Shown piece after piece: positions 10,335-19,735 of a stretch of 39,123 nucleotides of DNA. The position numbers and the translations under genes were made by a program. The notes under the pieces were generated by a model that saw only the letters and a list, made by a program, of their open reading frames with translations, ran no database searches and had not been told where the DNA came from. Source of the DNA: an uncultured archaeon (GTDB taxonomy: Archaea > Asgardarchaeota > Lokiarchaeia > Sigyniarchaeales > SOKP01). The DNA is taken from positions 1 through 39,123 of the forward strand of contig CAZBPC010000015.1 of assembly GCA_964493715.1 (NCBI GenBank). The letters are read 5' to 3'. How positions within the stretch are numbered: the first letter of the stretch is position 1; the number at the start of each line of letters is the position of its first letter.

Positions 10335-10685
10335 TTAAATATTAGAAATTGCTATTAAATTTCTTTTAATAAGACTTAATGAAGCCTTTCCATCTAATCC
10401 TGCCAAAGCAATTATTATGACTTTGTCTGAACTACTTATTACTGCAAATCCGTCCTCATAATCAATTGTAGTTGTTTTTAATGTTCCTTTCCCAAGAATT
10501 TCTCCTAAGGCATTTGAACCATTCATTATTGTTATGCAATGTTTAGCAAGTAATTTATGATCCATATCAGTAATAGTCTGTCCTACTAATACATTGCCAG
10601 ATAGATCGCTAGCGATTAAACCCTCGCATTCGGGCACCAAGTCCATTAATTCAGACATTTTCTGCTCAAGAACTATTTTATCCAT
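10335..10685 (-). CDS. Roadblock/LC7 (MglB-like) domain protein
   Basis: 116 aa; LMDLVPECEGLIASDLSGNVL..., C-terminal beta strands and terminal helix typical of the roadblock fold. Confidence 0.72.
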   Translation of the reverse strand: MDKIVLEQKMSELMDLVPECEGLIASDLSGNVLVGQTITDMDHKLLAKHCITIMNGSNALGEILGKGTLKTTTIDYEDGFAVISSSDKVIIIALAGLDGKASLSLIKRNLIAISNI

Positions 10686-10837
10686 GTGTAATTCACTGTG
10701 TTTTATTGGATTGATTTTTGTAAATCCTTTCTAAAAATAGTAAAGAATTCATTTTAAATATATCATAGATTGCAGAAATTTAAATTTATCAAATATATAA
10801 AAAGAGGGAAGTAATAATAAAATTTTTGTGGTTTATA

Positions 10838-11122
10838 TTATTTTAAGATGATCAGAATCAATTTTTCTTCCCGCGCAATCATTATTTCACCCTTCGAAGT
10901 CTCCAAGCGAATAAAATTAAGATCTCCCTCATGAAGAGCTTTTACGCATGATTCTGATTTACCTATGAGAGCAGTGATATATGCAGACACTTCTTCAGTT
11001 TGCTCTATTGGAAGATTCGATTTAATAGGAAGACCTGTTGAGTCACAAATGATAACCCCCCGAACTCCTTCTTTTTCTTCAAATCTGCGTATGATAGCTT
11101 TGACTTCATTAACATTTATCAC
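10838..11122 (-). CDS. Roadblock/LC7 protein, dynein light chain roadblock-like
   Basis: EVKAIIRRF..KEGVRGVIICDSTGLPIKS...DLNFIRLETSKGEIMIA..LILII matches the recalled DYNLRB pattern. GTG start with AGGTGA upstream. Confidence 0.88.
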   Translation of the reverse strand: MINVNEVKAIIRRFEEKEGVRGVIICDSTGLPIKSNLPIEQTEEVSAYITALIGKSESCVKALHEGDLNFIRLETSKGEIMIAREEKLILIILK

Positions 11123-11369
11123 GGACTACTGTTCACCTTTCTTATAAAAAACTAATTTTTATTATTATAATATATTAAGTACTTAAAAAATTATCATCTT
11201 ATTTAATAATAGAAAAATAAATGCTCATAAATTTATTTACTCTTTTTTGCTTTTAACATATAACAGAATTTGAAATCATCTAGAATTTTACAGTTTTGAT
11301 CCTTTAAAATGTTGATAAAATTCTTACGTCAGAATACTGTTAGAATCAAATAATTCAAATATTTGGTAA

Positions 11370-12002
11370 TTATAGAAAATAATTTTTAAACATGTTATTT
11401 TTCCGTTCGAATCCAATTGAAGTTAGACCCATGTGCCCTGAACAAATGAGGAAATTATCCGTGAGTGATTTGTTATACATGATTTTGTTTTTTATACTTG
11501 AAAAAAGCAAGTTTTGATCTCCTCCTTCAAAATCCGAACGACCGATGCTCTGTCTAAAAATTAAATCTCCTGAGAAAAGGATTCCATCAATCTTTTGGTC
11601 TTCATATTCATGTACATCATCGCTATAAAAACAGAGTGAACCCGGAGAATGACCAGGAGTTTCAAGGACGTGCAATTTGATTTCTCCCACCTCAATGAGA
11701 TCGCCTTCATTTAACCAATTATTCGCTTCTTTATGTGAAAAGACCCCAGATTCCATTTCTTTCTTGTTGTACATTAACGGAATCCCATAATGACGTAGAA
11801 TTTTTCCAACTTTAAGAGTATGATCAAAATGGCCATGCGTCAGCAATACAGCAATAGGCTTGGCATCTAATTCTTCGATTGTACTTATAATTTTATCATC
11901 GTCGCCACCTGGATCAATGATTACAACTTCCTTCGTTATATCCGAACCAAAAATATAACAATTCGTAGCTAACTGACCAACAACTAATTTTTTAAAAATC
12001 AT
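11370..12002 (-). CDS. MBL-fold metallohydrolase (glyoxalase II/YcbL-like)
   Basis: IDPG, THGHFDH, TPGHSPG, FSGD, GRSDF, GH motifs. Confidence 0.93.
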   Translation of the reverse strand: MIFKKLVVGQLATNCYIFGSDITKEVVIIDPGGDDDKIISTIEELDAKPIAVLLTHGHFDHTLKVGKILRHYGIPLMYNKKEMESGVFSHKEANNWLNEGDLIEVGEIKLHVLETPGHSPGSLCFYSDDVHEYEDQKIDGILFSGDLIFRQSIGRSDFEGGDQNLLFSSIKNKIMYNKSLTDNFLICSGHMGLTSIGFERKNNMFKNYFL

Positions 12003-12085
12003 GTTCCTATTACATCTTTAAATTCTAATAAAAGTAATATCTCGTTAAAATCAGCAAACAAAAGAATAAAAGAATTAATAAAATT

Positions 12086-12373
12086 CTATTTTCCGTTAAT
12101 CAACATTTCTATTTCGACTAACTTGTTATACACATCTAACCCTTTATCAGTAAGCTTAACGTATTTCTTCTTGTTGGTATGCTCAATTTCAATTAAACCT
12201 TTATCAATAAGGTCGTCCTTAACACGAAAGAAGGAATTATAATAGCTAAACTTGTTTAGCTCGTTATAAAATGTATGCTTGTCTGTTTTAAAGTTCTTAA
12301 ACTGACTCAACACTTCTAACGTATCCCTAAAACCTTTTCGTTTCATAAAATTAATTAAGTCATCAATAGCCAT
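12086..12373 (-). CDS. Small winged-helix DNA-binding protein
   Basis: LIDKGLIEI...YVKLTDKG wing motif typical of MarR/ArsR/PadR-type wHTH. Confidence 0.75.
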   Translation of the reverse strand: MAIDDLINFMKRKGFRDTLEVLSQFKNFKTDKHTFYNELNKFSYYNSFFRVKDDLIDKGLIEIEHTNKKKYVKLTDKGLDVYNKLVEIEMLINGK

Positions 12374-12403
12374 ATATCCCGTACCTCGAAATGGTAATAC
12401 TAG

Positions 12404-12422
12404 TTAGTAAAATTTTTACTAA
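12404..12422. promoter_or_regulatory. Perfect 9-1-9 inverted repeat, candidate operator
   Basis: TTAGTAAAA-T-TTTTACTAA, 30 bp upstream of the wHTH start, in a divergent promoter region. Confidence 0.5.
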
Positions 12423-12635
12423 TTTGTAATTAATAAAAATAATCTAAATTAAAAAAGGTTATGAAATTTTTTGTTACCCGTCTACGAAGAACAATCATCA
12501 TTATTATCACGTTGATATTATCAATTTCGCGACATTAATAATTTACGTATAATTTTGTGATTAAATTAACGTATTTTAATGCTTTTTTCAACATTAGTAG
12601 AAAACTTATAATGTGATTTTAATTCTTTATCTTGA

Positions 12636-13358
12636 ATGATTCTCAGAAAATATTTTGAAACTGAGACAGGTACGGTTCCAATCGTACTTTCTTGCTCGCA
12701 TGGAGGTTATAAAAAACCTAAATCAATTTTAAATAAGTATGTTGGGCCTCAAATTGCTGATAGGAATACTTATATCATCGCAAAATGGTTAATTAATAGT
12801 TTAAAAGAAAAGGATCTGGCAATTTATTACATACTGAATAAAATCCACCGAAGTAAACTAGATCTCAACAGGCCCCCAGCATCTGAATCAGCATTTAATC
12901 AAGAATCAGACGAGGCTCGTAGTATTCATAATTCATATCATGATACATTAATAAAATTTGTGCAAGATTGTATCTCTATCCATAAAAAATGCTTATTAAT
13001 TGATCTGCATGGTTTTACAAAACCAACAAATGATTATCCTGATATTATCTTTGGACACGTATTTGGTAAAACACTCCATGCTCCAAATAATATCAATGCT
13101 CAAGATTGCAGTCAATATTGGGGATGCGCTCAACTTGAACAAGAAATTTCAAAATCTTTTACATTAGATAATGGGTTGGCTTTAAGTGATTTCAATTTAT
13201 CGTATTCTGGAGGTTATATCACTCAAAAATTTTATAATCGACCTAATGTGAGCGCAATGCAAATTGAAATCGCTAAATATATCCGTAAAGATTACGATCT
13301 AACTAAAAATTTTATAAATAGCATTACTATATCAATAGAAAAATTATTAGATAAGTAA
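12636..13358 (+). CDS. N-formylglutamate amidohydrolase-like protein (Zn-carboxypeptidase fold)
   Basis: SCSHGG, RSKLDLNR, YH, LIDLHGF, YSGGYIT, AMQIEI motifs. Confidence 0.8.
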   Translation: MILRKYFETETGTVPIVLSCSHGGYKKPKSILNKYVGPQIADRNTYIIAKWLINSLKEKDLAIYYILNKIHRSKLDLNRPPASESAFNQESDEARSIHNSYHDTLIKFVQDCISIHKKCLLIDLHGFTKPTNDYPDIIFGHVFGKTLHAPNNINAQDCSQYWGCAQLEQEISKSFTLDNGLALSDFNLSYSGGYITQKFYNRPNVSAMQIEIAKYIRKDYDLTKNFINSITISIEKLLDK

Positions 13359-13371
13359 TACATATCCTAAC

Positions 13372-13557
13372 GTGATAAAAGGGAAAGCTGCAGCATTAAT
13401 GAAAGTAGCACAATTTAAAAATATTCACCTTGGGTTTATTTTAGCTGACGGAGATGATGTTAGTGGTCTTATATGACTTCAACACTTGCATACAAAAAGT
13501 GTAACTTTGCCTGAGAAATTCTTCTGGTTAGCAGTAGATATTTGCATTACTATCTGA
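13372..13557 (+). pseudogene. Possible degraded coding remnant with an internal TGA
   Basis: One frame reads VIKGKAAALMKVAQFKNIHLGFILADGDDVSGLI*LQHLHTKSVTLPEKFFWLAVDICITI*. The WLAxDIC peptide recurs at 14385. Confidence 0.35.
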
Positions 13558-14404
13558 TATTTCGCAAACTCTAATATTCTCTAATAACAATTAGATTATT
13601 TTAATCTTTTCTTTATTTATTATTTAATTTGATTTTATATACAATGGTTATATGTATTATATATAATAATGGCAAATCAAGATATCCTTGAGGAAAATAT
13701 ATTTTTTAACATTGGGAAAAAAATTAAGAAGTTAAATAGGATTCTGAATGAGGAGGTTATCGGATCGCTATTATTTTTTGGAGGATTAGCATATTTGTTA
13801 TTGCTCATTGAAAATATTATTTTTGCATCATTTTTTGGATACAGTATCATTACCAATTATATTAGTGAATTAGGAAATAGTAGTGTTATTCCTTTCCCAT
13901 TTTTAAATGATGGTATCACCATCTTTTGTGGTATAATTATGTTTTTTAGCCATTTCTATTTTGTTCATAATTTAAAAATCAGATATCGACTTCCAAGGTG
14001 TTCAAAAGAATTTATAAAGCTCGGATTTCTAAGTGGACTTATTGGAGCGGCGGGATATTTTTTTTTAGGGATATTTAGCCTGGATAGATCTGGTCCAAGT
14101 GAATTGTATCATGCCATATCTATGGGATTTGCTTTTAGCGGATTTTTAGTATCAATCGCTTTTTACAGCTTAGCTATTGTTTTAACTCATAATTGGAATC
14201 TCAAAAAGGTGGGTATTTATGGTTTAACTTTTCCTTTTATTTGTTTTGTATTCTATTGGCCTACAAACTATCCTTTCGGTGAATGGATGTTATTATTTTC
14301 AATCATAGCATTTTTTTTAGCTTTTGGTTATTATATTCTTAGATAAAAAAATCAAAAAATGGAACTATTCTAAAAAGATTTTATTGGTTAGCAACAGATA
14401 TTTG
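13525..14404 (+). repeat. Imperfect 20-bp direct repeat pair (13525-13544 and 14385-14404) flanking the DUF998 gene
   Basis: TGGTTAGCAGTAGATATTTG vs TGGTTAGCAACAGATATTTG, 18/20 identical. Confidence 0.6.
13669..14346 (+). CDS. DUF998-like multi-pass membrane protein
   Basis: YSIITNYISELG motif, conserved His (LYHAIS), about 6 hydrophobic segments. Confidence 0.75.
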   Translation: MANQDILEENIFFNIGKKIKKLNRILNEEVIGSLLFFGGLAYLLLLIENIIFASFFGYSIITNYISELGNSSVIPFPFLNDGITIFCGIIMFFSHFYFVHNLKIRYRLPRCSKEFIKLGFLSGLIGAAGYFFLGIFSLDRSGPSELYHAISMGFAFSGFLVSIAFYSLAIVLTHNWNLKKVGIYGLTFPFICFVFYWPTNYPFGEWMLLFSIIAFFLAFGYYILR

Positions 14405-14738
14405 TCTCGCTCTTTTATATCAAAATTATGAAAATCAGGATATTATAACCACAATTAAAAGATTTTCACAAAAGACTCCTTACTTTAAATATGAAAAATT
14501 ATAAAATGAACATTTTATAAAATTGAAAGGATTCGATGAACCTTTTTCATTCGCTATTCAATTAATTTATTTTTGTCGATTTAGAATATTATATACCTCA
14601 TTAATACATGTGGGAAAAGATTGGGAAAGATTTAAAAAGGATCTCAAGTACTGTAACTTAATAAGAATAAAAAAAGAAATTATAAATTGTTTATTAAAAG
14701 CGAGAATAATTAAACAAAATATAGGTGATAAAAACAAA

Positions 14739-14966
14739 GTGCTAAATTGTGAGAAATGTGGTAAAGAGTATTCATATGGTCGTAAGATATATCATGAATG
14801 TGATGATACCATATTAACTCTTGGAGTTGTGTTTGAAGATTCCAGAAATTATCATGAGTGGAATTGTGTATCAATAATCGACTCAAATTTATATCAGATT
14901 GAGGAAAAGATAATTGAGAGCTATTTAAGCAATTCGAAGGCTGACTCATTATATGTATATGAATAA
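14739..14966 (+). CDS. Small hypothetical protein with N-terminal CxxC (possible Zn ribbon)
   Basis: GTG after AGGTGA; LNCEKCGKEYSYGRKIYHEC..WNC. The upstream part of the called ORF (14523-14738) looks non-coding. Confidence 0.5.
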   Translation: MLNCEKCGKEYSYGRKIYHECDDTILTLGVVFEDSRNYHEWNCVSIIDSNLYQIEEKIIESYLSNSKADSLYVYE

Positions 14967-15127
14967 CTGATTTATCCAATTAGTAAAATTTCTTATCTCC
15001 TTCTTCATTTTTAACTTCTTATATCAGATATTTCAACTTTTAATTAGATTAGAAGAAATTTTATTCTATTTTTGAACTTGATAAGCAATAATTTCAAAAG
15101 CTTTAGAAAAATTAATTAACTATATTC

Positions 15128-16057
15128 ATGTCTAAATATAATGATATTGATATCGCGATCTTAGGGCATATCGCTAAGGACATCATTGAGATTGATGGAA
15201 TATCAAAACTATCAGCAGGAGGTGGTGTTTTTTATGGTGGGATTACGGGCAGTCGCATGAATTTAAGAATGGCAATTATTACCCGATTAAGAGAAGATGA
15301 TTTTCCGATCTTGGACGTTTTAAGAAAAGAGGGAATAATTGTATTTGCTTATCCTTCTAATGAAACATCAGGCATCCATAATATATATTCTTCTCAAAAC
15401 ATGGAATTTAGAAGTTATAAACCATTAGGATTTGCGGGACCATTTTTGCAATCTGAGATTCCAGAACTCAATCCGAAATACTTTGTAATTGGCTCAATTT
15501 TAGCTGGAGAAGTTAATATTGAATTATTAAAATTCTTATCAAAACGGTTCAAACACAAATTGTGTTTAGATATTCAAGGATTTATTCGGATGAGAGAAAA
15601 TGATAAGATATTATATAGAAAAATGGATGAATCCCTACAATCTGAGATACTTTCTTTCGCAGATATATTAAAGGTAGATCAGACTGAATTAAATTTTTTG
15701 ACTGATGAAGCAAACCTAATGAACGGAGCACTTAAATTAGCAAAGAAGCATGATAACTTGAAAGAAATACTGGTAACACATGAGAAGGGAATTAGCTTGT
15801 TAATTAAAGATAAATATTATATTTCTCCATGGAAAAATAAATCATCCATCGGGAGAACTGGTCGAGGTGATACGGCTTTTATCAGTTATTTAGGTGCAAG
15901 AATTTCTCATGATTCAAAGACAGCTCTTAAATTTTCTGCTGCACTAACTTCGATAAAAATGGAATTTGAAGGTCCATTTAATCTTTCGATCAATGATGTT
16001 GAAAAATTTATTGAAAAAGAATATAATTCTTCTTTGAAAAGAAGAAACATATCATGA
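15128..16057 (+). CDS. PfkB/ribokinase family carbohydrate kinase
   Basis: GHIAKD, GGG..YG, LDIQG, KVDQTE, GRTGRGDTAF anion-hole motif. Confidence 0.88.
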   Translation: MSKYNDIDIAILGHIAKDIIEIDGISKLSAGGGVFYGGITGSRMNLRMAIITRLREDDFPILDVLRKEGIIVFAYPSNETSGIHNIYSSQNMEFRSYKPLGFAGPFLQSEIPELNPKYFVIGSILAGEVNIELLKFLSKRFKHKLCLDIQGFIRMRENDKILYRKMDESLQSEILSFADILKVDQTELNFLTDEANLMNGALKLAKKHDNLKEILVTHEKGISLLIKDKYYISPWKNKSSIGRTGRGDTAFISYLGARISHDSKTALKFSAALTSIKMEFEGPFNLSINDVEKFIEKEYNSSLKRRNIS

Positions 16058-16158
16058 ATAGGATGGACTATTTTTTTACAAAAAAGTAAAATCTATAAAT
16101 AATTATATTAAATTTGTATCTAATTTTGTTTATTAAAATAATAGGAGGTATTATTTAT

Positions 16159-16452
16159 ATGATATTAAACATCATTCTATGGTATCCATCAGCTCGAGCA
16201 AGTGATTTAATGAAAGAAGTAATAAAATTACCTAAGCCACCTGCCTTTGTTAAGAAGTGGCAAACACTACAAACATCAGAGGGTAAAGATGGTTTTAAGC
16301 AATATAATATTATTTTTATAGAGAAAGGGAAAGGTGATGAGGCACTCGTTGAATTAATAAAAATGCTAAAACCAATTTTTGAAAAAGATTATGTTGAAAC
16401 AAAAGTTGAAGTATTACTAAGTGCTAGAGATTCTGTTAAAGCATTAACATAA
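16159..16452 (+). CDS. Small hypothetical protein (97 aa)
   Basis: ATG after AGGAGGT; protein-like composition; T-rich tract after the stop. Confidence 0.7.
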   Translation: MILNIILWYPSARASDLMKEVIKLPKPPAFVKKWQTLQTSEGKDGFKQYNIIFIEKGKGDEALVELIKMLKPIFEKDYVETKVEVLLSARDSVKALT

Positions 16453-16470
16453 ATTTTTTCTATTTTTAAA

Positions 16471-16578
16471 TCATTTACGAAATTCTAGTGGTTCTTCCCC
16501 ATCATCAACCGAAACTATTTTACATCTGTGATAAGGGGAATCATCCATAAGTTCTAAATCAAGAAAGAACAATTTCAC
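16471..16578 (-). pseudogene. 3' remnant of a possible gelsolin-like domain gene
   Basis: Minus strand reads VKLFFLDLELMDDSPYHRCKIVSVDDGEEPLEFRK*. IVSVDDGEEPLEF resembles the gelsolin-repeat end motif (V.xxGxEPxEF). Confidence 0.4.
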
Positions 16579-16946
16579 TTATCAATTCGAATGTTGATAT
16601 AAGATTAATAGAAGAAACTTTTAAACTGATCAATGAAGCTAATAATATAGATTTTGAGATACAAACCACTTATGTAGAATGGTTGATGATTCCATCTGAC
16701 ATTTATGAAATAATTGATTTCTTACGAAATAATGATTTTCATGGAAATTTCGTTTTACAACAATATCAATTTTCGGAGGGAGTTGGTAAAGAATTAAAAG
16801 ATAAATTTGAAAAACCAGAACATGCTACCTTACTTATTATCCTTGAACGTTATCGAAAACTAAAATTACCTTTTAAAATTTATTTAAGAGATGATGAGGT
16901 GGGATACCGTTAGGTTGATAAGCTATATGAAGATCATGATAAATAA
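16551..16946 (+). pseudogene. 5'-truncated radical-SAM activase (NrdG/PflA-like) C-terminal remnant with in-frame TAG
   Basis: Frame open from 16551: ..IDFEIQTTYV..DIYEIIDFL..FVLQQYQ (cf. activase YEFRTT..YVLQQF). No CxxxCxxC and no good start. TAG at 16911-16913, then 10 codons to a TAA overlapping the next ATG (TAATG). Confidence 0.65.
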
Positions 16947-18079
16947 TGAATAAAGAAGAAATTATTCAGCATATTAATTCTTGTATTGAATGCGAGGCTT
17001 GCCTGGAAGTGTGCGATACTTATAAGGTTACTCAAAATTTACTTCAATCACCCAATGGTAGACTTAAAATCGCAAATAAAATATTCAATGATGAAATTAT
17101 TTCAGATGATGAATTGAAGGGAATTTATACATGTACGTTATGTAGCATGTGTGATCTTTTTTGCCAGAAAGAACTTCCCATTTCTGAAATAATTTTGGAA
17201 TCAAAAATAAATTTAGTTGAGAAGAAATTAGGTCCATTAGAAATCCATAAACAAATTACTTCTGGAATTATCGATAAACAGAATTCGGTAAACGGTAATC
17301 CTGAGGAGAGATTAAGTTGGATACCCGAAGATTACTTAAAAACAGAATTATTTGAAGAACAAGAATCTAATACTTTATTATTTTTAGGATGCATGTCTTC
17401 TTTTCGTGTAAAAGAAAGTGCTAGTGCTTCTTATCAACTTTTGAAAGAAGGAGGATATAATTTTAAGATTTTTAAACAAGAGCCTTGTTGTGGGGAATAC
17501 GTTTATTCTTCTGGGAACTTGCATTTAGCTAAAAAAATGTTTCAAGAGAACTTCAAGGCATTCAAGAAAGCAGGTATTAAAACTATAATAGCTACCTGTG
17601 GAGGTTGCTTATATGCATTTAATAATGTTTATCCTAAGTATGTTGATGGTTGGGATATTGAAGTAAAGCATGTAATGCAAATTGTCTATGAGTTATACCA
17701 ACAAAAGAAATTAAAATTTAAAAAATCTGAAATTGATATAACTTACCATGATCCTTGTAGAACTGGTAGAAAATTAAAAAATATTGATATTTTTGAGGAA
17801 CCTAGAGTATTGTTAGAGAATTCAAGTAAATCATTACATGAATTGTCAAAAAATCATGAATTTACACCTTGTTGTGGTGCTGGCAGTGGAATACGTGGAG
17901 TTGATAGTAGTATATCTATTAAAATCGGTAAAAGTTTATTTGATGAACTGAAGACAGATACGTTAATAAGTTCATGTCCCCTGTGTGTGTTCAATTTCAA
18001 TTATGTAAATTACAAAACTCAATCAAATATGGTACCAATTTACATAACAGAATATTTACTTAAATATTTAGAAAATTAA
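16946..18079 (+). CDS. (Fe-S)-binding oxidoreductase, HdrD/GlpC-like (two ferredoxin motifs + two CCG domains)
   Basis: CIECEACLEVC, CTLCSMCDLFC, FLGC, PCCG, CGGC, YHDPC, CCGAG, SCPLC. Confidence 0.92.
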   Translation: MNKEEIIQHINSCIECEACLEVCDTYKVTQNLLQSPNGRLKIANKIFNDEIISDDELKGIYTCTLCSMCDLFCQKELPISEIILESKINLVEKKLGPLEIHKQITSGIIDKQNSVNGNPEERLSWIPEDYLKTELFEEQESNTLLFLGCMSSFRVKESASASYQLLKEGGYNFKIFKQEPCCGEYVYSSGNLHLAKKMFQENFKAFKKAGIKTIIATCGGCLYAFNNVYPKYVDGWDIEVKHVMQIVYELYQQKKLKFKKSEIDITYHDPCRTGRKLKNIDIFEEPRVLLENSSKSLHELSKNHEFTPCCGAGSGIRGVDSSISIKIGKSLFDELKTDTLISSCPLCVFNFNYVNYKTQSNMVPIYITEYLLKYLEN

Positions 18080-18100
18080 TATCAAAATAGTGAATCAGAA

Positions 18101-18235
18101 ATGAATGAAAATGATGATGTAGATGATGAATTAGATCGTCAGTGGGAGATGCAGGATAAAATCCATCATAAATGCAAGATGAGAGACGATCCGGATAAAA
18201 AAAAGAAAGAATGGGAAGAAAAGTATGGAAAATAA
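18101..18235 (+). CDS. Small highly charged protein (44 aa), absent from ORF track
   Basis: MNENDDVDDELDRQWEMQDKIHHKCKMRDDPDKKKKEWEEKYGK*; purine-rich, fills the intergenic gap. Confidence 0.55.
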   Translation: MNENDDVDDELDRQWEMQDKIHHKCKMRDDPDKKKKEWEEKYGK

Positions 18236-18249
18236 CGCAGGATTTTGGC

Positions 18250-19596
18250 TTAACTTTCCTTCATTAACTCCTTAAATCTTGAAGTTTTAGTTTCTATCTT
18301 TGCTTTCATTCCATAAAATACTATTATTCCGCATAGGACAATAATTGTTTGTATGATTACGATTAACCAATTAAATGTAAATAATAATCCAAAACAAATA
18401 ATACATCCTAATAGTGCAATGATAGGCATCCAACTAATTTTTAGCTTTACTTTAAATGGTCTTTCTAAATTTGGTTTAGTCTTTCTTAAAACAATTAGAC
18501 TTAAATTAACCAAGAAGAAATTAATTAATACACCAAATACAGTGGCATGAGCTACTATCGAAATATCTCCGAAAAATATCGGTATAATAGTGAAAATCAT
18601 TGTTGCTAATACAGCAAGAGTTGGAGTTCTGCGCTTTGGGGAAATTTTGCCTAAGCCTTCTGGCAACGCTTTGTCTCGAGCCATTCCATATATCATACGC
18701 GATGTTACAATTAACATAATCAAAACTGTATTTGCTGTTGCAAATAAGGCAATTGAAGTCATTATAAGTCCACCAATCGGACCTAGAGCGACTATAGCTA
18801 CGTAATTCAATGGAGCATCTGAACTCGCAATATCAGTATAAGGAGCAATACTAACGACCGAAATTACTGTTAAGCAATATAGTATTGTAGTAATAATAAT
18901 AGAATAAATTATGGCTCTTGGGAGGTTTTTATGAGGCTGTTTTACTTCTTCAGCAATATTTGCTATGTCCTCAAATCCAATATATGCAAAGAAAATTAAA
19001 GCAACAGATGAAAAAATAGCGCCTAAAGATGAAGTGGAGGGTAAAAGTGCATAGTTAACAGACCCAAAATGAGGAATTCCAATGAGAATTATGAAGATCA
19101 ATCCTGAAGCTTCTATTAGTGTGAATAAGATATTCATCCAAGTGGATGTTTTAATGCCGATAAAATTAACAATGCTTAATATTAAGATCAGACTGATTCC
19201 AATAATAATTTTCACAATCAGCAGGTCTATTCCTAAAAATTGAGATACATATCCTGCAAAACCTAATGCTACTGTTGCTGCTGAAAGAACTCCAGAAAAG
19301 ATTATAATCCAACCTAATAGAAAAGATATCTTCCTCATTCTAAAAGCTTCTTCCGTATACACAAATTCTGCCGCACTCTTAGGATACATTGCTGAAAGTT
19401 CAGCATAAGATAATCCCGTAAAAGCACCAGTGATTGCAGCTAAAAGAAATGCTAACCAGGAGATATTTCCAGTTATACCTACGACTTCACCAATGAGCGC
19501 ATAGATCCCTGCTCCTAAAACATTGCCTACTCCATACATCGTGATGCCGAAAAGAGAGATTCTCCTCTTTAGTGCAGTTTTTTTTTCTTCATTCAT
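18250..19596 (-). CDS. APC superfamily amino acid permease
   Basis: GNVLGAGIY, YAELSAMYP, FFAYIGFE, AEEVKQP, SRMIYGMARD; about 12 TM segments. Confidence 0.95.
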   Translation of the reverse strand: MNEEKKTALKRRISLFGITMYGVGNVLGAGIYALIGEVVGITGNISWLAFLLAAITGAFTGLSYAELSAMYPKSAAEFVYTEEAFRMRKISFLLGWIIIFSGVLSAATVALGFAGYVSQFLGIDLLIVKIIIGISLILILSIVNFIGIKTSTWMNILFTLIEASGLIFIILIGIPHFGSVNYALLPSTSSLGAIFSSVALIFFAYIGFEDIANIAEEVKQPHKNLPRAIIYSIIITTILYCLTVISVVSIAPYTDIASSDAPLNYVAIVALGPIGGLIMTSIALFATANTVLIMLIVTSRMIYGMARDKALPEGLGKISPKRRTPTLAVLATMIFTIIPIFFGDISIVAHATVFGVLINFFLVNLSLIVLRKTKPNLERPFKVKLKISWMPIIALLGCIICFGLLFTFNWLIVIIQTIIVLCGIIVFYGMKAKIETKTSRFKELMKES

Positions 19597-19679
19597 AATA
19601 ATTACTTATCCAGATAAAATTTCATTAATGAATTTATCAATATTTGTGTTTTAAATATAATTATGATTATATATAATAA

Positions 19680-19693
19680 TGAATATTAATTCA
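19680..19693. promoter_or_regulatory. Candidate operator TGAAT-N4-ATTCA just downstream of a TATA-like box of the osmC-like gene
   Basis: TTATATATAATAA-TGAATATTAATTCA; near-identical context at 27249-27274. Confidence 0.5.
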
Positions 19694-19735
19694 ATTATAT
19701 AATTAAAAAAATTTTATACACTAGATGAGAAAATA

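Noticed and set aside
13441-13470. LADGDD resembling the Cas10/GGDEF-type DGD motif
   Set aside because: Too short; no cas genes or CRISPR repeats nearby.
13474-13476. In-frame TGA as possible selenocysteine
   Set aside because: No redox-motif context or recognisable SECIS, and further stops follow closely.
14523-14738. N-terminal extension of the 147-aa ORF
   Set aside because: Intergenic-like composition; a better RBS plus GTG start lies at 14739.
16911-16913. In-frame TAG as a possible pyrrolysine codon
   Set aside because: The gene already lacks its 5' half, the MttB here is non-Pyl, and no pyl genes are in the window; a nonsense mutation is simpler.
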